A stretch of DNA of 64,000 bases from Planktothrix sp. GU0601_MAG3 (GTDB taxonomy: Bacteria; Cyanobacteriota; Cyanobacteriia; Cyanobacteriales; Microcoleaceae), in contig CP136572.1 of assembly GCA_035193785.1 (NCBI GenBank), positions 3,124,578-3,188,577 of the forward strand. Direction: 5' to 3'. Below the pieces are notes generated by a model. It ran no database searches. It was not told the origin of the DNA and saw only the letters and a list, made by a program, of their open reading frames with translations. Positions 1-10,638 of this stretch are shown in pieces; position 1 is the first letter of the stretch; the number at the start of each line of letters is the position of its first letter. The translations under genes were made by a program, and so were the position numbers.

Positions 1-34
1 GCTAATAAGGCCCTGACCAATCGCTCAGAAACCG

Positions 35-1054
35 TTGCGGGTTTCCAAGCCCAAGTCGTTTTCTCCGGTGCAGTTGGGTCTATTTTTGGCGTTACTGTCG
101 GCGGTATCTCTATCGTTGTTTAACGTTTGTTTAAAGATTATTCTCAAAGGGCCACAACCGCGAGAAATCTTGGGTTTATTTTCCTTAGAAGGAATTATTA
201 GTCCGGGGATCGGAAACTCCTTATTAATCTTGTTACTCCGCATGATTGTGGTCATGGGACTGATGCCGATTGTGGCAACTTTCCTTTATCCTCCGGTATG
301 GGGTGATCTGCGACGTTTTATTCATTCCGGTGATCGTCGTTTAATGTTGACGGTGATTGGTAGTGGATTTTTCTTGTTTGTATCCCAGGTCGCTATCTAT
401 GTAGCTATTGGTGAGATTCCGACCGGAATTGCGATTACGATTTTCTTTATCTATCCGATTGTGACGGTAATTGCCTCTTGGGGTTTATTTGGAGATCGAC
501 CGACCATAATTCGGGTGATTGCCATGATTGTTATTCTGGCTGGGGGGATTCTCTGTTTACCTGCCCGAAATCCTAATATTGCCATGGGAAATGTACAGGT
601 GGGGGTGATTGCTGCGATCAGTGCAGGTGTGGCTTTTGCCGGGTATGTGTTACTGACTCAAGTGGCGGCGGGAAAACTCCATCCGATCCCGTTTAGTTTG
701 GTGAACTTTGCATCAATTTTTGTCTTTTCTTCTGTGAGTTTAATGTTGCTACCCGATAGTTTGGGGATTAGTATTGAACCGGGGGTTTGGAACGGATTAA
801 TGATTGGGGGTGTTATTTTAGGTGTTCTCACCCTATCCAGTTATTTATTAAATAATTTCGCCATTCGCTCGGCCGGAGCCGCCTTAGCCTCCATTATTGG
901 GACAACTGGGCCAGCTTTAACCGCGTTGTTTGCCTTCTGGATTATTGGTGAGGCGATTAAACAGCAACAAATCTATGGGATGGCGTTAGTGATTTTAGGT
1001 GTGGGGGCGATGAGTGTTGAACGGATGATTGCCCCGAAACGCAAGACTAGCTAA
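35..1054 (+). CDS. EamA/DMT family transporter (true start may lie upstream of the window)
   Basis: About 10 hydrophobic helices in two repeats; motifs [18 protein letters not shown] and [26 protein letters not shown]. Confidence 0.85.
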   Translation: MRVSKPKSFSPVQLGLFLALLSAVSLSLFNVCLKIILKGPQPREILGLFSLEGIISPGIGNSLLILLLRMIVVMGLMPIVATFLYPPVWGDLRRFIHSGDRRLMLTVIGSGFFLFVSQVAIYVAIGEIPTGIAITIFFIYPIVTVIASWGLFGDRPTIIRVIAMIVILAGGILCLPARNPNIAMGNVQVGVIAAISAGVAFAGYVLLTQVAAGKLHPIPFSLVNFASIFVFSSVSLMLLPDSLGISIEPGVWNGLMIGGVILGVLTLSSYLLNNFAIRSAGAALASIIGTTGPALTALFAFWIIGEAIKQQQIYGMALVILGVGAMSVERMIAPKRKTS

Positions 1055-1061
1055 GGTTGGG

Positions 1062-1340
1062 AGCAGGGGAGCAGGGGAGCAGGGGGAGCAGGGGAGGCAG
1101 GGGGAGCAGGGGGAGCAGGGGAGGCAGGGGGAGCAGGGGGAGCAGGGGGAGCAGGGGAGGCAGGGGGAGCAGGGGGAGCAGGGGAGGCAGGGGGAGCAGG
1201 GGGAGCAGGGGAGGCAGGGGGAGCAGGGGAGGCAGGGGGAGCAGGGGGAGCAGGGGGAGCAGGGGGAGCAGGGGGAGCAGGGGGAGCAGGGGAGGCAGGG
1301 GGAGCAGGGGGAGCAGGGGGAGCAGGGGAGGCAGGGGAGG
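1062..1340. repeat. G-rich 9-bp tandem array (GGGGGAGCA / GGGGAGGCA), about 30 units
   Basis: Directly visible; related arrays at 9886-10001 and, inverted, at 43815-44099. Confidence 0.95.
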
Positions 1341-1359
1341 TAAACTTTTGCTATTACCC

Positions 1360-1430
1360 ATTCGTAATTCGTAATTCGTAATTCTTAGTCCCCCATTCGT
1401 AATTCGTAATTCGTAATTCGTAATTCGTAA
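1360..1430. repeat. ATTCGTA heptamer tandem repeats (STRR type)
   Basis: Two runs of ATTCGTA; the same unit occurs at 43735-43765 (inverted) and 44812-44855. Confidence 0.9.
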
Positions 1431-1448
1431 GCTGACTCGGTGACTTCT

Positions 1449-2369
1449 CTACTTAGAAAATACCCCTGTTCCTCTAAGGACATCGAGGAAAGCAAAAACC
1501 GCCGGGACATGGAAGCCATTTGACCAGAGGGCGGCTCCGATGACTCTTTCTAGGGGTACAGGTAAGGCTCTGACTTGGACTTGGGGGGGAATGGGTAGGG
1601 CGGCTAAACGGGGTAAGATGGCAGCCCCTAATCCCTGAGCCACCATACTAACAATGGTTGAATCTTCTTTAATTTGATAGGCGACTTTTAAGGATTGTCC
1701 CCATTTTGCCCAATGTTCCCGCACCGCAGAAGTACATTCGGCATAATTAAATAAAATAAACGAGTAGGTCGAGAGTTCTTCCCAGGTTAGGGTTGGGGGA
1801 ACTTGACCCGCCGATGTGGGTAGTAATACCACATATTCATCCCGGGAAATTTCCCAGGTTTCAAATTCTTCAGACCGGGGTAGGGGAAGTAACCCAATAT
1901 CCACTTGACCGGTGCGCAAACTCTGTTCAATTCCCAGGGGGTCGGTTTCGGTAATGGTGATTTCTACATCGGGGAAACGGCCGCGAAACTGGGCAACTTT
2001 TGGGGGGAGGATATGGGTAGCCGCACTACGAAAGGAGGCAACCCGAATTTTTCCCCGATGTAAACCTTTTTCTAAATTGACTTCATAATCAATTTTTTCA
2101 CGCAGTTCTAAGATTTTACCCGCGTGTAGCATCACCCGTTCTCCGATGAGGGTGGGACGAGCACCAAATCGTCCCCGCAGCAGTAGGGGAAGACCAAGTT
2201 CATCTTCTAAAGCGGCAATCGCCCGACTGACGGCAGATTGAGAGATATTTAAACTCAATGCTGCTTCTGAAAAGCTTCCTTGTTCTGCTACCGCTAGTAA
2301 AATTTCAAGTTGATCAATATTCATCTTGCTTTTAACTGTTAGCGACCCGCCATGAGCTTCCATACTCAC
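1449..2369 (-). CDS. LysR-family transcriptional regulator (likely start 2324)
   Basis: HTH motif GSFSEAALSLNISQSAVSRAIAALEDELG plus substrate-binding domain. Confidence 0.95.
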   Translation of the reverse strand: MSMEAHGGSLTVKSKMNIDQLEILLAVAEQGSFSEAALSLNISQSAVSRAIAALEDELGLPLLLRGRFGARPTLIGERVMLHAGKILELREKIDYEVNLEKGLHRGKIRVASFRSAATHILPPKVAQFRGRFPDVEITITETDPLGIEQSLRTGQVDIGLLPLPRSEEFETWEISRDEYVVLLPTSAGQVPPTLTWEELSTYSFILFNYAECTSAVREHWAKWGQSLKVAYQIKEDSTIVSMVAQGLGAAILPRLAALPIPPQVQVRALPVPLERVIGAALWSNGFHVPAVFAFLDVLRGTGVFSK

Positions 2370-2508
2370 TGAGAAAATTTTAACTTGAGTTGCTATAAAT
2401 TATATTATAGTAAATCTTAGTAATTTTTTTACTCAAAATCCCTAGAGCAAACTCTGGATCGTTGATTGAGATTGCCCACCTGTTTAGATTAAGTTAATAA
2501 ATAAAAAT

Positions 2509-3015
2509 ATGTCTAAATTTAATTTCTTAAATTCCCCGAAAAAATGGCTATATTTATCTTTTTCTGGTATATTTTTAATTTTATTGATATTGGGTTTATT
2601 TCATTTTGATAATAAAATCCGTAGGGGTCAGCAAGCCCAAGGCAGATCGATTTTAAAAACTTTGATTAAAAATCAAGATCAACAGTTTAAAACCTATGGT
2701 AAATTTACACCTAACTTAGAAAATTTATATCGAGGCACTTCAACAGGAATCGGAACCTATAAATTTAAGATGACGGTAGAATCGGATCAGGTATTCTTTG
2801 AAGCTATTCCGATTATTTGGCGTCGGGTTAGTTACTCTGGGGCTTTATTTAAGATTAAAACAGATAACTCCTTTGTGCTCGTGGGAGGAATTTGTAAAAG
2901 TCCTAACTCCTCGATGACTGCTCCCACTCCCATTCAACCTCCTGTGCCTAAGTTTCATCAAGTTCGCTGTCCTCTTGATGCTGAACTGGTGGAATCTATG
3001 AAGTTTTCCAGGTAG
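2509..3015 (+). CDS. Type IV pilin-like G/H family protein
   Basis: N-terminal TM helix, QQFKTYGKFT..L..L, SYSGALF, C-terminal ICKS...P..P...CP pattern. Confidence 0.6.
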   Translation: MSKFNFLNSPKKWLYLSFSGIFLILLILGLFHFDNKIRRGQQAQGRSILKTLIKNQDQQFKTYGKFTPNLENLYRGTSTGIGTYKFKMTVESDQVFFEAIPIIWRRVSYSGALFKIKTDNSFVLVGGICKSPNSSMTAPTPIQPPVPKFHQVRCPLDAELVESMKFSR

Positions 3016-3133
3016 AATATAAAATTAATATTAATGTCTAAATCTAAATCATTATATGACAATATTCCTACCGTTTCGTATTATTCTATACTTATCCTCT
3101 TTTATCCTCCAAAAATTGCTAACTAACTAAAAT

Positions 3134-3889
3134 TTGAGTAAAATGAATCAGTCTAAAAAAAGTTTAGGTAAAGTATATTTAGTTGGTGCTGGGCCGGGAG
3201 ATCCTGGTCTGTTAACAGTTAAAGGAAAAACCCTATTAGAATTAGCAAATGTGGTAATTTATGATTCCTTAGTTAGTGACCAAATCTTGGATTTAATTAA
3301 CCCGGAAGCCGAAAAAATTAATGCCGGAAAACGGCGAGGCAAACATTCATTATTACAGGAAGAAACAACTCAATTATTAATTGAAAAAGCTCAAATTCAT
3401 CCGATTGTTGTCCGATTAAAAGGGGGAGATCCGTTTATTTTTGGTCGCGGTGGGGAGGAAATGCAAGACTTAATTAAAGCTGGAATTTATGTGGAAGTTG
3501 TCCCCGGAATTACTTCGGGAATTGCGGCGCCTGCTTATGCGGGGATTCCCTTAACCCATCGAGATCATAGTTCATCAGTTACCTTTGTAACGGGTCATGA
3601 AACCGCCGGAAAATATCGCCCGCAGGTGAATTGGGAAGCGATCGCCAAGGGTTCAGAAACTATTGTAATTTATATGGGGGTTCACAATTTACCCTATATT
3701 ATTCAACAGTTAACTAATGCTGGACAGCCCCTAGAGACTCCGATTGCCTTAATTCGTTGGGGAACTCGACCGGAGCAGGAGGAGTTAATTGCTACCTTAG
3801 AAACGATTGTTCAAAAAGTAGCAGAAACTGGTTTTGAAGCTCCGGCGATCGCTGTCATTGGTTCAGTTGTTAATTTAAAAAATTGTTAA
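3134..3889 (+). CDS. cobA: Uroporphyrinogen-III C-methyltransferase
   Basis: VYLVGAGPGDPGLLT, VVRLKGGDPFIFGRGGEE, VVPGITSG. Confidence 0.95.
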   Translation: MSKMNQSKKSLGKVYLVGAGPGDPGLLTVKGKTLLELANVVIYDSLVSDQILDLINPEAEKINAGKRRGKHSLLQEETTQLLIEKAQIHPIVVRLKGGDPFIFGRGGEEMQDLIKAGIYVEVVPGITSGIAAPAYAGIPLTHRDHSSSVTFVTGHETAGKYRPQVNWEAIAKGSETIVIYMGVHNLPYIIQQLTNAGQPLETPIALIRWGTRPEQEELIATLETIVQKVAETGFEAPAIAVIGSVVNLKNC

Positions 3890-3912
3890 CTTTTGACCGA
3901 GTTTTCTAATAA

Positions 3913-4537
3913 CTAATCTCCTAAATTCATTTGACCTTGAAATCCGGTAATAATTCGTTGTCCATCTTTAAGAATATGAATTTCAATTTGATCAGATGCC
4001 CAAGTTAATTGATTTTGCAAAGCCGGATTAAAAACATGAACCCGTTGATTGCGAGAAGATACCAAAGAATTAGGAGAATGAATTGCTAAGGATTCGGTAT
4101 AGGGCCCATCAATTAAAATATCCAATTCCCCTAGTAACTCTTGGGCGTGAGGGGGGGCTTTTGGAGATTTTAATTCGGCTAATGTAAACCCGCTAAAAGA
4201 CATGACATTAAACCCTTTTGATTTGACGATTTTCGCTAATTTTGCTAGAGCTTCAGCTTGCAAAAAGGGCTCACCGCCGGAAAATGTTACTCCTTGATTT
4301 CGAGAATTTTGTAAAATTTGTTCGGCTAAATCCTCAACGGAAATTAACTGATTGGGTTGAAATGACCAAGATTCGGGGTTGAAACATCCCGGACATTCCC
4401 GCAAACACCCTTGAAACCCAAACCACCGCCCGACATCCGGGGCCGTTCACCTCGGATTCATCGACATAACCCATAATGTTGAGATATCCTGGTGGAATTA
4501 ATTGGTCAGAGGGGGGCAAATTATTAACTGTTTTCAT
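3913..4537 (-). CDS. Radical SAM / NrdG-like 4Fe-4S protein (frameshift near 4412)
   Basis: NGPGCRAVVWV in one frame joins C..C.GCFNP, GVTFSGGEPF and DILIDGPY in the next. Confidence 0.85.
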
Positions 4538-4773
4538 CCCGTTTTCCTCAATTTTATTTGATAGTTAAGGGCTGTAAATCTTGATCTCTAGCTTGGCTTA
4601 ATTTTTTAGAATTTATGCTAATATTAATGATTTTTATAGATTTTTTGATGAGATTTGGCAATAATAAGCTGAATCAAAAGATGAGCTAAGGTGTTTTTTA
4701 TTTCTATTTTGGTAAGGTTTAGGTATATTATCAAAAATAGTTCTAATTTTATCTAAAATTAAAATAGGAAAAA

Positions 4774-5454
4774 ATGAGAATTTTATTAGTTGAAGATGAG
4801 GAAAGAATTACAAAAGCCTTAGCAGAAGCCCTAATGGATCATCATTATGTGGTGGATGTCGTCCATGATGGTCAGATGGGGTGGGAGTTTGCAGAATCGG
4901 CTGCTTATGATGTGATTATATTAGATGTGATGTTACCTCGACTGAATGGGATTGAGTTTTGTCAACGATTAAGACAACAGGGAAAAACCACACCTGTATT
5001 GATGTTAACGGCAAAAGATACCAGTGCTGATAAGGTTTTAGGCTTAGATGTGGGAGCGGATGATTATGTGATTAAACCCTTTGATTTACAGGAGTTATTA
5101 GCAAGGGTTCGGGCTTTATTAAGACGGGGAAATTCATCTTTACCTCCGGTGTTAGAATGGGGAAGTCTTCGCCTAGATCCAAATAGTTGTGAGGTGACGT
5201 ATGCAGGAAAACTTCTATCTTTAACTCCTAAAGAGTATGGTTTATTGGAGTTATTCTTACGCAGTCCGGGACGAGTGCTTTCGCGGGAAATAATTGTAGA
5301 GCATCTCTGGTCTTTTGAAGATATTCCGGGTGAAGATACGGTCAAAACCCATATCAAAAGATTAAGGCAAAAACTCAAAACAGTCGGCGTACCTTCTACA
5401 TTAATTGAAACAGTTTATGGCTTGGGATATCGGCTCAACACGCAACGTAATTAA
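4774..5454 (+). CDS. OmpR-family response regulator
   Basis: REC domain (ILDVMLP, GADDYVIKPF) and winged helix (IETVYGLGY). Confidence 0.95.
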   Translation: MRILLVEDEERITKALAEALMDHHYVVDVVHDGQMGWEFAESAAYDVIILDVMLPRLNGIEFCQRLRQQGKTTPVLMLTAKDTSADKVLGLDVGADDYVIKPFDLQELLARVRALLRRGNSSLPPVLEWGSLRLDPNSCEVTYAGKLLSLTPKEYGLLELFLRSPGRVLSREIIVEHLWSFEDIPGEDTVKTHIKRLRQKLKTVGVPSTLIETVYGLGYRLNTQRN

Positions 5455-6752
5455 CCCCCAATTTCGAGCTTTAAGTTGGCGACTCTTGCTATCTTATTTA
5501 GGGGTAATGATGGCAATTTCAGGAATATCAATGATTGCTGTATATGAATTTTTTAGGTTTAGTTTATATCAACAATTAGATCGTCAATTGCTAATATTAG
5601 CAGATGCGGCTACCCATAGTTTCTCGGAGGTTAAAAAACATAAAAAAGCATTTGAAACCGAAGATTTTAGAAGATTAGATGATGATAATGATTTAGATCT
5701 TCCCTGGCAAAATATTCAGCAACCCAGTCAGGGAATTGAATGGTTTGATGAGAAACCGCCAACTGATTGCTAAAGCCGGAAAAGTGTTTCCTCCTATTGA
5801 TTTATCCCATTATCATTGGACTTATATCGTTAACGGCAAAAAAATTCGCACCCTAACTTTACAGATTAATAGAGAAACAGAATCCCAAAAACAGATGCTC
5901 GGTTATGTCCGGATCAGTGAGTCTACAAAACCCCTGGAAAGGCTGTTAACAAAATTAAGATTAGTAATGATGTTAGGGGGAATATTAGTATCAGGATTAA
6001 CGGCTTTTGGAGGAATGTGGTTAACCAGACAATCGTTAAAACCTATTGAACAAAGTTTTGAAAAACTTAAACAATTTACCGCCGATGCTTCCCATGAATT
6101 GAGAAATCCTTTGGCTGGAATTAGGACTTGTGTGGAAGTTATGCAAAGTCATCCAGAACGAATTCATCCTGCTGATATTGATAAATTAAAGGCGATCGCC
6201 AGTGGCGTACATCAAATGACTAGCTTAGTGGAAGATTTATTACTTTTGGCTCGCACGGATCAAGATTCTATTCACCTAGCCACAGATTGGGTAATTATTC
6301 CCTTGAATGAATTATTAGAAGATTTGGTAGAATTTCTCTTTTATCAAGCTGAAGAAAAGGGAGTGGAATTAATCTTAGATATGAAGACTGAAATTAAAAT
6401 CAAAGGAGTGGGAAATCAACTTTGGCGATTATTTTTAAACTTAATTGAAAATGCGATTTATTATACTGATACTGGAGGAAAAGTGGTGGTATGCTTGGAA
6501 CATCGAGAGAAATGCGTTTGGGTGCAAATAGAAGACACTGGAATCGGAATTTCTCCTGAACAATTACCCTTAATTTTTGATCGGTTGTGGCGTGCTGATC
6601 AAGCTAGAAATCGTAGAAAAGGAGGATCGGGGTTAGGGTTAGCGATCGCTCAAACCTTAGCTCAAAATCATCAAGGAGAAATCACGGTTACCAGTCAGTT
6701 AGGGAAGGGTAGCCGTTTTTCCGTGCGTTTTCCCACTCTGGCTAACACCTAA
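5405..6752 (+). CDS. Membrane sensor histidine kinase (frameshift near 5755; start uncertain)
   Basis: Two TM helices, H-box ADASHELRNPL, N-box NLIENAI, G boxes DTGIG and GSGLGLAI. Confidence 0.9.
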
Positions 6753-6791
6753 TACCCAATTAAAATCATACTTTAATAGGTAGTATCTGGA

Positions 6792-6826
6792 TTTGTCACC
6801 AGTTTGTCACTTTTTAGTTTTATTCT
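6792..6826 (+). promoter_or_regulatory. Putative OmpR-type binding site (TTTGTCAC direct repeat, 11-bp period) with downstream -10-like TATTCT
   Basis: tttgtcac-cag-tttgtcac at 6792-6810, between the two-component genes and the next gene. Confidence 0.55.
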
Positions 6827-6897
6827 TAAATTCAGGGTTAGGATAATCGTCTTTCTGGTGTCATATTAAGAGGTCTTCTCTTGCTCCAGTCCCTAAC

Positions 6898-6928
6898 TGT
6901 AGAGACGTAGAAACTTTACATCTCCACA
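6898..6928. repeat. GTAG-type REP-like palindrome (degenerate)
   Basis: tgtagagacgtag...tacatctccaca; relatives at 7550-7579 and 62041-62069. Confidence 0.55.
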
Positions 6929-6949
6929 AGTATATAATTATTTAGGTTA

Positions 6950-7543
6950 ATGATAATGCAAAATATCCAATTTCGGAAATTTCATCGCAAAATTGCACCG
7001 ATTATATTTATTCCTTTATTTTTAACTGGTTTTACCGGAATGGCTTACCGTCTGGGCAGGACTTGGATGGGAATGCCAAAAGATAAAGCAAATATTTTTC
7101 TGATGATTCATCAAGGAGAATTTTTAGGAGAGCCCCTAGTTCCTATTTATGTATTATCGGTGGGTTTGGGATTAATTGCCATGCTGGTCACGGGATTAAC
7201 AATGGTTCGGTTAGCACAACAAAAACGTAAAAATCCCCCCAAAGATCAGCCTTTAAATAATAGAAAAGTTCATCAAATTTTAGCCCCAATTGTATTTTTA
7301 CCCCTATTTGTAAGTGCGTCAACGGGCATTTTGTATCGACTTGGTGAGGATTGGTTTGGTATGTCGAGTGATGCTTCTGAATTCTTGCTGGGAATTCATC
7401 AAGGTTCGTATTTTGGCAAATTCGGAAGATCGATTTACATTGCTTTAATTGGTGCAGGATTAATTGGAATGTTAATTACAGGAATTAATATGACAGGAAT
7501 TTTTCGTAAAAAACGGGTTAAAGCTTCTTCAGAAGAATCTTAA
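6950..7543 (+). CDS. PepSY-associated TM-helix membrane protein with an internal duplication
   Basis: Two repeats of RK.H..APIxFxPLFx..xTG..YRLG..W.G....L.IHQG. Confidence 0.75.
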   Translation: MIMQNIQFRKFHRKIAPIIFIPLFLTGFTGMAYRLGRTWMGMPKDKANIFLMIHQGEFLGEPLVPIYVLSVGLGLIAMLVTGLTMVRLAQQKRKNPPKDQPLNNRKVHQILAPIVFLPLFVSASTGILYRLGEDWFGMSSDASEFLLGIHQGSYFGKFGRSIYIALIGAGLIGMLITGINMTGIFRKKRVKASSEES

Positions 7544-7549
7544 GCACCA

Positions 7550-7579
7550 TGTAGAGACGTTTCCATGGAACGTCTCTAC
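7550..7579. repeat. GTAG-type REP-like palindrome
   Basis: gtagagacgtttccatggaacgtctctac forms a near-perfect hairpin. Confidence 0.7.
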
Positions 7580-7624
7580 TGGATTTCAGATTAGGTTAAT
7601 TATTTTTTTTGACAGGAATATATT

Positions 7625-7777
7625 TATAGCAAGTCTAAAGTTAACGATTCAATTGATATCGCACCCACTGCCGAAAGGAATAGGGAATAGGGAATAGGGA
7701 ATAGGGAACAGGGAATAGTAAGTTATGAGCAGGTTACAAGGTTTAGTATTGTCCTAACCCTAATTGGTAGTGCTATA
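7625..7777 (-). mobile_element. MITE-like element (TATAGC ends, GGGAATA heptamers inside)
   Basis: Ends tatagca...tgctata; its reverse strand begins tatagcactaccaattagggttaggaca, similar to the copies at 47035 and 55947. Confidence 0.5.
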
Positions 7778-7823
7778 ATTAATATTGATCTTTGTAAAGA
7801 TAGCCACAATAACTGCTATATTT

Positions 7824-7888
7824 AAAACCCAGTTCTAAGTAAAAATAGTAGATTTTACCATTCAATCTTTACTTAAAAACTGGGTTTC
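7824..7888. terminator. Long hairpin between convergent genes
   Basis: aaacccagttctaagtaaaa...ttttacttaaaaactgggttt. Confidence 0.55.
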
Positions 7889-7917
7889 TAGCTCAAAATT
7901 TAGGATTTCTGAAAAAA

Positions 7918-9832
7918 TCAACTTACTTTAGAGGGTTGTTTTTTCTGGACAAAAAAGGCTTCCCGAATTTGTTCCGCAATTTGAGAACTGGTTAACCCTA
8001 AATCAGCAAAAGATTCATTGGGTTCGGCATGATCGACTAAAATATCAGGAACCCCGAAACGCTTCACAGGAACCACAACATTATTATCTAATAATGCTTC
8101 GGCTACGGCGGAACCAAAACCACCCATTAAACAACCTTCTTCTATAGTTACAACTTTACCAATTTGTTTGGCTAAAGGTGCAATTAATTCCACATCCAAA
8201 GGTTTAACAAAACGGGGGTTAATAACAGTAGCTTCAATGCCATGTTCACTGAGAATTTCTGCTACCTGCATGGACATATTCACCATACTGCCATAACCCA
8301 TTAATAGCAGATCATCCCCATGTCTTAAAATCTCTCCTTTGCCGATGGGTAAAGGTTCCCAACCTTCTTCCATTAAGGGAACACCCAACCCCGATCCGCG
8401 AGGATAACGCATGGCAATAGGGCCGTTTGTATGCTCAATTCCGGTGACTAACATCCGTTGTAATTCGGCTTCATCTTTGGGAGCCATAATTACTAAATTG
8501 GGTAAACATCGCAGATAGGAAATATCATACATTCCCTGGTGAGTTGGGCCGTCTACCCCCACAATTCCCGCCCGATCTAAACAGAAGAAAACCGGGAGTT
8601 CTTGAATACAAACATCGTGAATAATTTGATCATAAGCCCGTTGTAAAAAGGTGGAATAAATCGCTACAACTGGACGCATTCCTTCGGTGGCTAAACCCGC
8701 AGCCATAGTTACGGCGTGTTGTTCAGCAATACCAACATCAATATATTGTTTGGGCAGTTTTTTCTGGAGAATATCTAACCCAGTTCCCGTTGCCATTGCT
8801 GCGGTAATTCCCACAATTCGAGGGTCATTTTCACCTAATTTGACTAGGGTTTCCCCAAAGACTTTGGAATAACTGGGGGGTTTGGGTTTACTCGCCGGAA
8901 CAGCTTTTCCTGTAGCTAAATTAAAGGGGTTTTGAGCATGATAACCGACTTGATCTTTTTCGGCGATCGCATAGCCTTTTCCTTTCACCGTGGCGACGTG
9001 AACTAACACTGGCCCGGGTATTTTATGGGCTTGCTGAAAGGTCTTAATTAATTCGGGTAAATCATGACCATCTACGGGCCCAACATAGGTAAAACCTAAT
9101 TCTTCAAACACCGCCCCAACTTTAGGGACAGCCAGGCGTTTCATGCCTTCTTTCATCCGTTCCATTTCGGGGGTAAAAGCTTCTCCCACAAAGGGTAAAT
9201 GTTTAAATTGCTCTTCTAAATTATCCGTCAGAAATTGAACCGGATCACTGAGGCGCATTTTATTCAAATAACGAGAAATTGCCCCCACATTGGGAGAAAT
9301 TGACATCTCGTTATCGTTGAGAACTACCATTAAATTGGTATTAGGTAAATGTCCGGCGTGGTTAATAGCTTCTAGGGCCATGCCTCCGGTTAAAGCCCCA
9401 TCCCCAATAATGGCAACAACTTTGAAATTTTCTCCTTTCATATCCCGGGCGATCGCCATTCCTAGACCCGCAGAAATACTGGTAGAAGCGTGTCCGGCTC
9501 CAAAATGATCGAATTTGTTTTCGCCGCGTTTTAAATAGCCTGCAACGCCCTCTTTTTGCCTTAAAGTATGGAAATTTTGATAGCGTCCAGTGATTAATTT
9601 ATGGGGATAGGCCTGATGTCCGACATCCCAAATCACTTTATCTCGATCTAAGTCCAGGGTTTGATATAAGCCTAACGTCAGTTTCCACAACCCCCAACCC
9701 TGGCCCTAAATGTCCTCCGGTGGCGGCAACGGTTTCTAGGTGTTTTTCCCTGATCTGGCGGGCAATTTGTTCGAGTTGGTGGATCGACAACCCATGGAGT
9801 TGATTGGGATGAGTAATTTCACTTAGGTGCAT
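7918..9832 (-). CDS. dxs: 1-deoxy-D-xylulose-5-phosphate synthase (frameshift near 9685)
   Basis: [57 protein letters not shown]. Confidence 0.97.
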
Positions 9833-9885
9833 ATTCGTTAAATGTCTGCATTTACTATAAATGTCATGGTAGCACCGGACGAGGT

Positions 9886-10001
9886 AGGGAGTGGGGGGAG
9901 CGGGGGGAGCAGGGGGAGCAGGGGGAGCAGGGGGAGCAGGGGGAGCAGGGGGAGCAGGGGGAGCAGGGGGAGCAGGGGGAGCAGGGGGAGTGGGGGGGGG
10001 A
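9886..10001. repeat. G-rich 9-bp tandem array (GGGGGAGCA)
   Basis: Directly visible. Confidence 0.95.
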
Positions 10002-10024
10002 GTGTCCTGGCTTGCTCAATCATT

Positions 10025-10423
10025 TTATTTTGTAGGAATATAAGATTTAAGCTGAGTATCAATATTTTTAATATGGTTGACAAACCAATCTACTAACTCT
10101 TGCTTAACTTGAGTCCGAATTAAATGTAAAGGGTGCTTTTTCTCGATTTTCTGATTAATATCTTGCAGGGTATTTAAGAAACTACTATGGGCTTTTTTAT
10201 TGTCGCAAGCAACGGGACATTTATAGTTATCCATGCAGGATTCTTCATAATTAAAGTGATTATTCGTATACATTTTTAGGAATCCCATAATTGATCGAAT
10301 TTCTTGATCGCCTTTGTGATTGTCCATAGCAGTTAATAACTGATCCATTTGATCTAATAACTGTTCATGTTGACAGTCTAGTAAGGGGATACCAATTTTT
10401 AAAGACTCATTCCATGTTCTCAT
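10025..10423 (-). CDS. Single-domain bacteriohemerythrin
   Basis: W.ESLKIGIPLLDCQHEQL, HFNYEE, AH..F, W..NHI...D. Confidence 0.9.
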   Translation of the reverse strand: MRTWNESLKIGIPLLDCQHEQLLDQMDQLLTAMDNHKGDQEIRSIMGFLKMYTNNHFNYEESCMDNYKCPVACDNKKAHSSFLNTLQDINQKIEKKHPLHLIRTQVKQELVDWFVNHIKNIDTQLKSYIPTK

Positions 10424-10638
10424 ATTTTTATCCTAACTTTGGGGCTGGAGTGTCAACTTAAGGCGACCGTTTACTAAAGCCGAATTTTAATCCTTGATCG
10501 GCAACTAAGCCCAGATTTTCATATAAATTTAATGATTTGATTTTGGTTTTAATCAGCTTGATTAATTCTTGTTTAACTGTCTTACTGTTATCTGTTCCCT
10601 TTCTCAAATACTAATCTAGCAGACTCAGTACCTAAGAA

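Noticed and set aside
1029..1374. Collagen-like GEQ, LLP and GSR ORFs (also 9838-10096 and 43793-44302)
   Set aside because: They are translations of the 9-bp DNA repeats, open in several frames and both strands, with no RBS or non-repeat domain
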